Source: Octopus bimaculoides
Taxonomy: Eukaryota
Reading direction: 5' to 3'
Assembly: GCF_001194135.2 (NCBI RefSeq)
Contig: NC_068989.1
Location: forward strand, 33,163,875-33,227,874
Length of the DNA: 64,000 nucleotides
This document shows, one piece after another, positions 53,297 through 64,000 of this stretch (its first letter is position 1; each line of letters opens with the position of its first letter). Position numbers and translations under genes: made by a program. The notes under the pieces were generated by a model that saw nothing but the letters and a program-made list of their open reading frames with translations, ran no database searches and had not been told where the DNA came from.

Positions 53297-54140
53297 TGGA
53301 CGGTTTGACTGAGGACTGGCAACCCAGAAGGCTGCGCCAGGCTCCAATCTGATCTGGCAAAGTTTCTACAGCTGCATGCCCTTCCTAACTCCAACCACTC
53401 CAAGAGTGTAGTGGGTGCTTTTACGTGCCACCAGCACGAGGGCCAGTCAGGCAGTACTGGCAACAACCACACTCAAATGGTGTTTTTTACATGCCACCTG
53501 CACAGGTGCCAGTCAGGTGGCACTGGCAACGACCACGCTTGAATGTTGTTTTTCACATGCCACCCGCACAGGGGCCAGTAAGGCGATGCTGGCAATGATC
53601 ACACTCAAATGGTGGTTTTTACATACCACTGGCACAGGTGCCAGTTAGTGGCCCTGGCAACGATTACACTCAGATGGTGCTTTTAACGTCCCACTGGCAC
53701 GGGTGCCAATCAGGTGGTACTGCCATCGGCCACATCAGTGATTTTGATTTCACTTGCCTCAACAGGTCTTCGGAAGAAAAGTTTATTGTCCAATGAATGA
53801 AGGGTACTCATACGTGGGCTGGTTATACACCACGGGCATAGGCCACGGGTTATGGTCTCGCTTGGCTTGCCAGGTCTTCTCAAGCACAGTATATCTCCAA
53901 AGGTCTTGGTCATTAGTTATTGCCTCGGTGAGGAAGGTCGTGCTTCACCACCTCATCCCAGGTCTTCCTGGGTCTACCTCTTCCACGGGTTCCCTCAACT
54001 GCTAGGGTGTGACACTTTTACACACAGCTGTCCTCATCCATTTGCAACACATGACCATACCAGTGCAGTTGTCTCTCTTGCACACCACAGCTGGTGCTTC
54101 TTAAATCCAACTTTTCTCTCAGGGCGCTTATACTGTCATG
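53264..54140 (-). mobile_element. RTE LINE 3' fragment
   Basis: (GAT)n tail, repeat array and C-terminal coding remnant homologous to 38050-39000. Confidence 0.85.
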
Positions 54141-54143
54141 TAT

Positions 54144-54189
<46 letters not shown>

Positions 54190-54193
<4 letters not shown>

Positions 54194-54650
54194 TTAACTC
54201 TTTGGATCCTGGAATGCCATCTCACAAACTGACATTGAAGAAGAAAGGTGTTCCCATCATACTTTTGAGAAATCTGGATCCTCCAAAGCTGTGCAATGGA
54301 ACAAGACTGATTGTCAGGCAAATGCACCCACATCTTTTGGAAGTAACAATCCACACTGCACAAGGAAATGGAGAAAATGTGTTTATTCCAAGAATTCTAC
54401 TGATTCCAGTAGACATACCCTTTAAATTCAAGAAACTTCAATTTCCTGTAAGAGTTAGTTTTGCAAAGTCAATTAACAAGAGCCAAAGATAATTACTGAA
54501 AACTGTTGGACTTCACCTCATGCAGCAGTGCTTTTTCCCATGGTCAGTTCTATGTTGGTTGTTCCAGAGTTGGAAATGGGAACAATCTCTTCATACTCAC
54601 ACCAAATGATAAAGCCCAAAATATTGTTTAACCTGCTAGTTTACAGTGAT
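54190..54650 (+). mobile_element. Helitron PIF1-helicase fragment
   Basis: [41 protein letters not shown]. Confidence 0.85.
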
Positions 54651-54829
54651 CTTCAAATGTCACAGTGGCACAAAATTCTCCAAATGTGATACTCTGTGAT
54701 ATAAATCTGAGAAGGTAGAATACTAATAAATGCTTTATTATTATTTCCATTTAGTTTTGGGCTGCAGGCCCAAGTAGCCCTCTGCAGGAGGTGGCTTAAA
54801 AGTCTACACAGAGTGTAGCTTTTAAGATA

Positions 54830-54867
<38 letters not shown>

Positions 54868-55138
54868 CATTCTGTACCTCGTTCTTCCATTGATTAGCGC
54901 TAACATCAGAATATTAATATATCACAGGGTAATGGTGTTTCATTTATCATGTTTACATTCTTAGCTTCAAATCAGTGTTATTAATCTTAATATTTTTATA
55001 ATCTTAAACAAAACACATAGATATGCATATATATATGCATATGTGTGTATATATATGTATATACCTCTGGTAACTATTAACATATTTACATTGTCAAAGG
55101 TTTTTTTAAAACTGAGATAATATTAATATATACATAAA

Positions 55139-55164
<26 letters not shown>

Positions 55165-55178
<14 letters not shown>

Positions 55179-56720
55179 GCGCCAGCTTGTATCCGAACAT
55201 TGGGTTCGTCAGTTTATCCAGTCTCCTTGGCAGATGTTTGTGCTGAATGTGACTTTGGAGTCCAAGTCAGTGTGTAAGAGTATGTGGGCAGAATTCATAT
55301 AGCATGGTTGGTGTGGGTCAAGGATATTGAAGACATTCCTTTCTTCTCCAGTATTTTACCTCCTCATTCTGTTGTCTGTTCTGCTCGAAGGAGCTGGCTC
55401 CATTGTGGATAGCAGTACTCCAGGCTATCCTATCCATGGCAATCTGTTCCCATGATGATGGTTGGATTTAAGTTTAAGCCAGGGTCCATTTGAGATGGTC
55501 TTTAAAACGGAATTTTGGACCTCCTCTGGGTCTTGTTTCAATTGCAAGTTCTCTGTGGAGCATAATCCTCAGGAGACAAGAGAGCTGGACGTGACCTGCC
55601 CAGTAGAGACGATGACGAAGAACCTCGTTGTTGGTAATGTGATCTTCCTATTGAATATTGAGGATCTGTCATACCTTGGATTGCTGAAAGCATTCAAGGT
55701 ACATGAAGTCACGGTGGTACAGCGTCCTAGTCTCACAAGCATAGAGAAGAGTTGACAGAACAATGGCACGGAAGACCATGATCTTTGTCCAGATGGTCAG
55801 TGCATGACTGAAGAATACACAGCTGAGTCTACTGAAAGCAGAGTGGGCTGCCCTGATCTGGTTCTCCATGTCCTTTGCACACATGGGGGTCTTCAAAAGG
55901 ATACTCCCAAGGTATGAGAAGTGTTCAACCTCTTCTAGGGGTTGGCCGTTGATGCTAATGTTCACGGGTGTCCTGTTCTGGCTTGATGCAGGCTGGATCA
56001 GGGTCTTGGTCTTTAATGTGTTTACCTGCATCCTGAAGCATTCAGAAGATGAATTGTAAAGATCGGCCATCCTTTGTAGGCCATCTGGGGCCCAGCTTGG
56101 AGTGGCATGATCATCGGCATACTGCATTTGATGGACTGAGATGGCAGAGGTCCTCGTCTTTGCATGGAGACATGTGAGATTGAAGAGTCCACCATCCAAG
56201 CATTTGTGCATGTTGATGGAAGGCAAGTCTAGTGGAATTTTGTTGAACATGGTGGCCATGTACGAAAAGAAACAGGACGCAACCTTGCTTAAGACCTCCA
56301 GTGATGAGAAACGGGTCTGTGAGGGCATTTTGATGGCATACCCTACCCACCACGCCGTCATGAAAGGAGCAGACCAGAGCAATGAAGTCGTCCGGACATC
56401 CAAACCAAGCAAGGATGGCCCACATTGCAAGACGGGCAACCTTGTCAAAGGCTTTCTTTAGATCCCAGAAGATGAACATTGCAGGCAGATGTTGTTCTTG
56501 ACACTTCTGAAGTTGGCAGGCACAAAAGATCATGTCGATTGTGCCTCAAGAGGGTCGAAAACCACACTGAGACTCAGGGAGGACATCTTCTACAAGGATG
56601 AGGAGGCGATTGAGTAGGATTGCATGCAATACTCAGGAGTGACATGACCCGATAGTTGTTGCAATCCTCTTAGTCCCCTTTCTTGTACATGGTGATGATA
56701 GTTGCATCACAGCAGAGTCG
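55165..56720 (-). mobile_element. RTE LINE RT fragment (different subfamily)
   Basis: FWDLKKAFDKV, GLKQGCVL, QYADD, FSYLGS, TLLYACET. Confidence 0.88.
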
Positions 56721-56735
56721 GCAATAACCATTGCC

Positions 56736-56779
<44 letters not shown>

Positions 56780-56789
56780 CACACAACAA

Positions 56790-57632
56790 ATTTTACTGAC
56801 ATGAATGTGTTCATACTGGATTAGCATTTGTCACAATCAAATGTAGAAAACAGCATCCATCATGTGGTGTCTGTTTTCATTGATGCATTTCTGAAGGCGT
56901 TCTTAGAAGTTGGCCTCCACTCTCTCCAGCATTGCCCTGTCAATTTGGGCGACTTCCATGTGAATGGCTTCCTTCAAATCGTCCTATGTATGGTGCTTAT
57001 GCGCATACACATGTGCCTTGAGGTTTCCCCACAAGAAATAATCACACATGGACAAATCAAGGGACTGAGGTGGCCATCTGACATGTGAAGTTAACCTGCT
57101 GTGCATAGGCCCATGGTTTCAACTGTTGCCCAATGACCAATTTGTACGGGTGGAAATGCATGTCTCCATGCAAAATACACCTTACTGAACGATTACCAAT
57201 GCCAAGTTCTGTGAAATGCCTCCGAGCAGTGATTTGGACTCCGTATCAAAGCTTGTCTGATGTGTTCTACATTTTCCAGGGTCTGTACCATCCATGCCCC
57301 CCACCAGCCTCCTGTTCATTAATGTACATTGTGTATAAAGTGCATACACCCAATGTAAGATTGTGTTACAGGTGGGAACATCCTAATTTCAATGATTGCT
57401 GAAGTGGTGCTGAAACTCATGCTGAACTGCTGTCACAGACTCGTTATTCTTCACGTAACTGTTGTAGGCAAATACACAATGCTCTATTGTCCACAGCATC
57501 ATGGCTTCACCTGAAAAGAAAAAAAAATGCTAAGACACCACAGACCAAGTGGTACCTGTGAAACATATGTACCTCCCCCTGGGACTGAGTAATAGCCATT
57601 TCAAAAGCGTCAGCCCTCTCTGCCCCGCCCTG
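56790..57632 (-). mobile_element. Internally deleted Tc1/mariner element
   Basis: TA|CAGGGCGG.. terminus at 57632; N-terminus MLWTIEHCVFAYNSYVKNNESVTAVQ; C-terminus RWPPQSLDLSMCDYFLWGNLKAHVY. Confidence 0.8.
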
Positions 57633-57884
57633 TACATACATATACATACATATATGCATACATACACATACATATATACATACACACATACATATATACA
57701 TACATACACACATACATATACATACATACATACACACATACATATACATACATGTGCATATATATATACATACAAACATATACATACATACATACACACA
57801 CACATATATATACACACATAGATACATACATACACACATACATATTTATATATATAGACACACATATATACATACATATATATA
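57633..57884. repeat. Compound (TA)/(CA)/(TACA) microsatellite
   Basis: Simple-sequence composition seen directly. Confidence 0.95.
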
Positions 57885-59132
57885 CAGGGTGCAAGGGGTA
57901 TTTGAGGACATTTCATTTTTAATTCATTACTCCTTCAAATTATTTAATTTATCATTTTTTTTTTTTCAGATAACACTTTCAAGATATCATGCTAACTCAA
58001 GAAACGAAAAGATATGCAGTCATAATTGCTATACATGCAAACCACAGTGATTTAGAAATTAGCAACTTTCTAAATGTTGCAAGATCATTTGTACACAAAG
58101 TTCTGTTGGAATTGGAGGCATGTGATGGTAATGTTTCACCAGTATCAAAGAGAAAAAACATTCACAATGCTCAGACACTAAAAGGACACCAGAATTTATA
58201 CAACACGTTCAAAACATTATTGATGAAAACCCCAGAAGATCAATGGGGTCCATTGCTAAAGAACTTCAGATGTCAGAGTGGACTATCAAAACTGTGGTAC
58301 ATCGTGACATTCAATACATATCCTATGTAATGAGAAAAGGCCAATTCGTGTCTGCAAAGACACAGGAAAACTATCTCATCTGTTCAAAACGGTTACTTAA
58401 CAAAGTGAAAAACCCTCATGAATAATGCATGCTGTGATTTTTCTGATGAAAAAAACTTTGACCAGAATCAAAAGTCTAACAGAAGAAATGATAGGTGGTC
58501 ATCTGCAGATCCTTCTGAAGTACCCAAAGTGACGCACACAAAATTTCCAGCAACTGTGATGGTTTTAGGAGTGGTGATTAGTGAAGGATATGTGATGCCT
58601 CCCCACTTTTTTCCACAGGATCTTAGAATTAATGCTGCTGGATACATTGAGGTACTGGAAACTGTTATCAAGCCCAGGATTGATGAGATATGCAATGGAA
58701 GGCCATACGTTTCAACAAGACTCAGCGCCTTCTCACAAAGCCCTAATCACCCAAGAATGGTTGTTGGACAATCATTATGATTATGTAACACCCAATATGT
58801 GTCCTCCAAACATGCCAGATTTGAACCACATGGACTACTACATGTGGCGCGCTGTTGAAAGGGAGGCTAATCATTCATCCTCATAATACCATAGTTTCAC
58901 TGTAGGTTGCCACTGTCCTGGTAATGTCCGAAATGAATAAGGAACATATACAGGCAGTTTTGGTACTGCATTGGAGTAGTCATTGAAGCCAAAGGCAGTT
59001 TCATAGAATGATTTTCTTACAAATTCACAATCAAAACTAACTGCACAAATGATTACTCAAATATTTATTTATGCTGAAAAATAGTTGTTTTACAGTATAC
59101 CAAAACTGTCCACAAATAACCCGCGCACCCTG
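57885..59132 (+). mobile_element. Near-full-length Tc1/mariner (DD37D/maT-like) element, 1248 bp, frameshifted
   Basis: TIRs TA|CAGGGTGCAAGGGGTATTTGAGGACA and TGTCCACAAATAACCCGCGCACCCTG|TA; MLTQETKRYAV.., FSDEKNF, VMVLGVV, FQQDSAPSH, PPNMPDLNHMDY. Confidence 0.92.
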
Positions 59133-59370
59133 TATACACATATATATACACATGTATATACACACACACACGCATATACACACACATACATATAAACATA
59201 CACAAACCTAAAACTATATACATATATATATACATACACATACAAACACACCTGTCTTCGTCTTCTGTTTTTTTGTAAATTCTCACTAAATATATAAGAA
59301 AACCTCTCCTTCAACCAATTAAAGGTGTCTATTTACTTCCTGCATGTCTGTGTGTGTATGTATGTGTATG

Positions 59371-59403
<33 letters not shown>

Positions 59404-60428
59404 NNNNNNNNNNNNNNNNNNNNNNNNNNNNNNNNNNNNNNNNNNNNNNNNNNNNNNNNNNNNNNNNNNNNNNNNNNNNNNNNNNNNNNNNNNNNNNNNN
59501 NNNNNNNNNNNNNNNNNNNNNNNNNNNNNNNNNNNNNNNNNNNNNNNNNNNNNNNNNNNNNNNNNNNNNNNNNNNNNNNNNNNNNNNNNNNNNNNNNNNN
59601 NNNNNNNNNNNNNNNNNNNNNNNNNNNNNNNNNNNNNNNNNNNNNNNNNNNNNNNNNNNNNNNNNNNNNNNNNNNNNNNNNNNNNNNNNNNNNNNNNNNN
59701 NNNNNNNNNNNNNNNNNNNNNNNNNNNNNNNNNNNNNNNNNNNNNNNNNNNNNNNNNNNNNNNNNNNNNNNNNNNNNNNNNNNNNNNNNNNNNNNNNNNN
59801 NNNNNNNNNNNNNNNNNNNNNNNNNNNNNNNNNNNNNNNNNNNNNNNNNNNNNNNNNNNNNNNNNNNNNNNNNNNNNNNNNNNNNNNNNNNNNNNNNNNN
59901 NNNNNNNNNNNNNNNNNNNNNNNNNNNNNNNNNNNNNNNNNNNNNNNNNTGATGAACAAAAGAATACAGGTTACTTCACAGTTTTTCTGTATTTGATTGA
60001 GAAACCAGTGGTCTACCGTTGAGTTAAATGTTTTTAAGAGATAAACTTTGAAAGCTGCATTCCCTCGCTTTCAGTAAATATGTTGCTTATTCTTTTTGGT
60101 AGTTTTTGACTTATTTAGTCCCTCGAAGCGTGAGGCATTAATACACAGTTAATGCCCTTTATATATAAGTATTTATATTTATGATGAAATGATGAATTTT
60201 TTCATTACGAAAATTTTTCGTTATTTTTTCATTTTGAGGTTTTTTTCACGCTACTTGATAAATTCTTATAAAGAATTTATCCTATATTATATTATATATA
60301 TATACATATATATATATATATGTATGTATTCTTATATGTACATATATATATACATATATACACATATACATATATATATACACATACATATATATACACA
60401 TATATATATACGTATACATACATGTATA

Positions 60429-60466
<38 letters not shown>

Positions 60467-62099
60467 CATATATATCTTAAAATGTAAAATGAAAACAGAA
60501 CACAAAGGATATCGCGGTACACATGTTTCAAGCTTTACACACAAACTGTCGTATCATTATATGAGTATATAATTGATAGAAAGGATGGTTTAAAGCTATC
60601 TTCAGCCCCAAGCATTTTCAGTCCCAATATTACATCGCAAAGAAAAAAGAAAAAGAGAGAAAAAGGAAAAGTCCACCTAGTATTATCCATTGTAATATGC
60701 TTATCTTTTAAATTGTTATATCTGCATAAATGTTCCTTGGTATTCAAAAATCTGTCCATATTGTAACACAATTCAGGGTAGAGTGAATGATAAATAGATT
60801 GGATTGTATTTAACTAGCTATATGAGATAGAAGGAGATCAAAAATAAAATAAAAGTTAGAGGTTAAAACAATATAAAATACAAAATAAAAGAGATAAAAT
60901 ATAAAAATAATAGAAGTCAAATCGAGAGTAATATAAGAAAAATTTACGGATAATAAAGTAAGATACATATAAATAAGATTTAGTAGGGTTGGAATAAAGT
61001 AATAAAGGAAATAAAGGAATTGGGATAAAGAAATAGAAGAAATAAAAGAAATGAAATAAAAGAAGTAAAGGAAAAGAGGAATAAGAAAAACCCATAAAGT
61101 AGATAAAGAGATAAAGAGATAAGATACTAAATGGCAGTAAACAGGATGCTGTCTTGGCCAGGATTGCCGGGAGTCATAAATAATATCTTAGCTAGACTAG
61201 GGTTGAAATATGATATCCTTGTGATGAGTGGTCAGTTTACCCAAAACACACCACTACAGATACTTAACTATATAAACTTATCTATTATATGGATACATAC
61301 ACTTACTTAGAAGATAAATAAATAATAATGATAGAAGGGGTAAAGAGTAATTAGAAAATATAAAAACTAAAAAAAGAAAAATTAGAAAATGTAAAAAAAG
61401 GTAAGAAAATTAGGGTTGAAGTTAAAAATTAAAATTTATGGGGAACAATTATAATAGTAGTAATATAATAGAAATAATGTATTATATAATGTAATAGTAA
61501 TAAAAAAATAACAACAATAACAATAATAGTAATATAGTGGTTTGAAAAAATACATTGATTAGAAAAATATTGTGATTGGGGAAATTTTGGCTTATCTATT
61601 TGCGTAAATTATATGTCATAGGGCAACTTCTACTATAATCGTATTTTAATCATTTAGGTATTGCTATATGAAGTTAAAAGAGTCTGGGTTTGTATCTCCT
61701 AATGAATACTAGTATAATATTGTTATAAACATTGAAGTGATAAGTGTTATTTAATGTTACCTTTGTGTATTGTAGTGCTATTCGAAATTTTAGAGCCAGT
61801 GACTAAATTATTTAGTAATTTTCCTCTAAAAATGGGATTAGAGATCTCGGGTTATTAAATATGTGTGTACTATATGGGGTCAGAATCTAGCTAGGTGAGG
61901 GTAAACTGAATAATTAAAGTAAATAGTTAAGTTGTTGGGAGTAGAGTACAGGATTCGTTAATTCAATGGCTGAATAGTGGCAGGATGGATCAGACGAGGG
62001 AATTACCAATGAGAGAAGATGATGAAGTGATTATAACTTAAAAGTGTGGACTTAAGGATTATAGTATTTAAAGGTTTTAATCAGTTTATGTATACAAGT

Positions 62100-64000
62100 T
62101 GGTCTGAATTCTTATCTCTTATTAATTAGCTTGTTCTTTTCAGGGAATCTAATGATTTTCAATAGTTCTAAGGAACATAACTGGCAACCAGTTCTATTAT
62201 TTTTATAAGTTGCTGCCAATCCAACCATGAACCACTTAAGGTTAAAGTTAATATTTTCGTCTTTAAGTTCCCATATTCTACATGATAATGAAGAGCTATT
62301 AGCCTTAAGCCTGAGTCTAAATGATGACCTATGGTTATAGAACCTAGATTTCCAGGAGGAAGAGCACCCAAGGTAGGTGAGGGTATTCGTTTCAGTAATT
62401 ATTTCACAAGAATAGACTGTTTTTTTGCTAGGTAGTTTCCACGTAAAGGCAATGTTGATGTTGTTACACAATTGCACCCAAGTTTATAATTTTTAGGCTG
62501 TCTTATGCTTGCATGTGGAGGGTAACTGTTTATAGGATTATCTTTGTTAGTTCTTGGGTGGTTAAGGTTTACGCCGACATGGCTGTTACTATTATTGTTG
62601 TTACCTTTATTGGGGTTGTTCAAAGTTTCACTAGCTTTATTCTTTCTGCCGTTAACACTGGTACTATATTTATTAGCTCTATCAACAATATATATAATTA
62701 TAGTGGAATTGTGGCTAGTATAATTATTGTCATGATTACTATTTGAGGTGGAGTTGGTTATTCTATTAGTAGTAGCAGCATCGTTATTTAACGTGGAAGT
62801 ACTATATGGTGTGCCACTATCCTGTGTTGGGTCTAGGTTTAGTGATTCATCTATTGTACTGTGATTTGATATTTGTGTAGGATTATAGGGCCTAATAGTG
62901 TTGTTGTCATTATAATTATTATTATTACTACCATTATCAACAATGTTATAATTCTCAGGATTATTAGTTTGTATACTATCATTATTAGTTCTTGGATTAT
63001 TGGGGTTAGACTGATAATTATTATTTGTTCTTAATCTAGCTTTTTTTATTATGTTTAGATATAAGGCATTTCATATTGGGGAGGGTCGAATATGAGATTC
63101 TAATAGTTTTAGTGGAAAGAATACTGTTATATTTATGAGTGGGTGGAAAGTTATTTGATATAATTGAAACTATTTTCTTGCATAATCTACCTGTAACCGC
63201 TACATTATATGGTATGTTATACCTTATATAGTTGCATAATTTACTGTTATTTTGTTTAGTAATTCTTCTATTGCTATTATTATTTCTATCGCTAGGGTTT
63301 TCTCTAACTGAACTATTATCGGTACGATTTTTTTTCTTTATGCTTTTTGATCTTAAGCTTATTTGTATTAGTACTAGTTGTATCTGTGCTTTTATTTTTG
63401 TTTTTATTCGACTTATTTTCCATACCTCCATTTAAGGAATTAACTCTAGATTTACTAATTTGTTTATATGATGGGTTTTTACTCAAGGTTGATGCTTTTG
63501 GCGGTTTACAATTTAAGTTTTTAACAAAAGATATTTTCTGGGAGTACCCAGTGTTAGAGAGGGCTTGATTATAATGATGAGCATGATCTTTAAAAATGTC
63601 TATCAGAAACAGCTTGGACAGTAGTATTAATTATAGAGGGCGAGTGATTGGATAGAGTGTGCTAATGTAACTTGTAGTTTCTTCTGGCTTTCTGTAAGGG
63701 TAGTGAAGGCCTTTATCTATGTCTAGTGTAGCATCTAAAAAATTAACTATCTTACAGTTGGTCATAAATTCAAGTTTTAGATTAAATGATTTAAAAAATG
63801 CCTAATCTTTTTCCTAATTCTTTCTACGGTACTTTTGCTATTGGTGAGGTATATGAATAGTGCATCGTCTCTGTATAGACCCCACTGAAGGCCTGGTACC
63901 TCCGAGAATAGCCTCTTAAGTAGAAAGGCTCCGACTAAGTCAGTTACCTGAGCTGAGTCGCTCAAGCCCATAGCCACAATCAGAGCCTTTCTACTTAGCT
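62100..64000 (-). mobile_element. Penelope-like retroelement (RT 3' half plus GIY-YIG endonuclease), running off the window
   Basis: GLYRDDAL (RT), RISYSTLPNMK..KHN (thumb), GCNC..LPLRGN linker, TVYSC..TYLG..SRFYNH..LS..IWELK..CQLCSLE (GIY-YIG). AT-rich sequence at about 60800-62100 may be its 3' region. Confidence 0.9.

Noticed and set aside
57507-58050. Multiple 90-128 aa ORFs
   Set aside because: Translations of compound microsatellite, apart from the overlap with Tc1 termini.
59325-60572. ORFs of 70-223 aa
   Set aside because: N-gap and (TA)n translations.
60535-60771. 78-aa minus-strand ORF as an exon of CUL2 or a neighbouring gene
   Set aside because: No recognisable homology and only a weak AG|GTGGAC donor.
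61215-61250. Hammerhead-like GTGATGAGTGG..CCCAAAAC
   Set aside because: Both core boxes are mismatched, stem II does not pair convincingly, and it is on the opposite strand to the Penelope-like ORF.
62112-62480. Selenocysteine (in-frame TGA at conserved Cys), as reported for some Penelope-like elements
   Set aside because: The visible Cys codons are TGC or TGT and the altered positions are TTG and TAC, not TGA.

Overview
AT-rich eukaryotic genomic DNA from a gapped scaffold with four N-runs. The SINE, RTE-LINE and microsatellite content suggests a coleoid cephalopod such as Octopus; this is inference. The one host gene I can support is Cullin-2 (CUL2) on the minus strand. Nine coding exons (49028 down to 11941) splice in frame into 999 nt / 333 codons of the CUL2 N-terminal half, and none is obvious from the ORF track. 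The first coding intron (41818-48909) is a minor-spliceosome (U12) AT-AC intron with an ATATCCTT donor and a TTCCTTAAC branch site. The next CUL2 exon and the non-coding first exon were not found. The rest is mostly decayed and nested transposons: Helitrons, an RT-less Gypsy element with both LTRs and TSD, a young solo LTR, Tc1/mariner copies, RTE, CR1 and R4-like LINE fragments, SINEs, a piggyBac-type MITE, hammerhead-bearing palindromic inserts and a Penelope-like element at the right edge. I found no wholly new multi-gene system. The best leads are the U12 intron with a competing U2 site, the hammerhead relics, an LTR micro-inversion, a 2A-like motif and a 369-bp perfectly identical repeat pair around a CUL2 exon.
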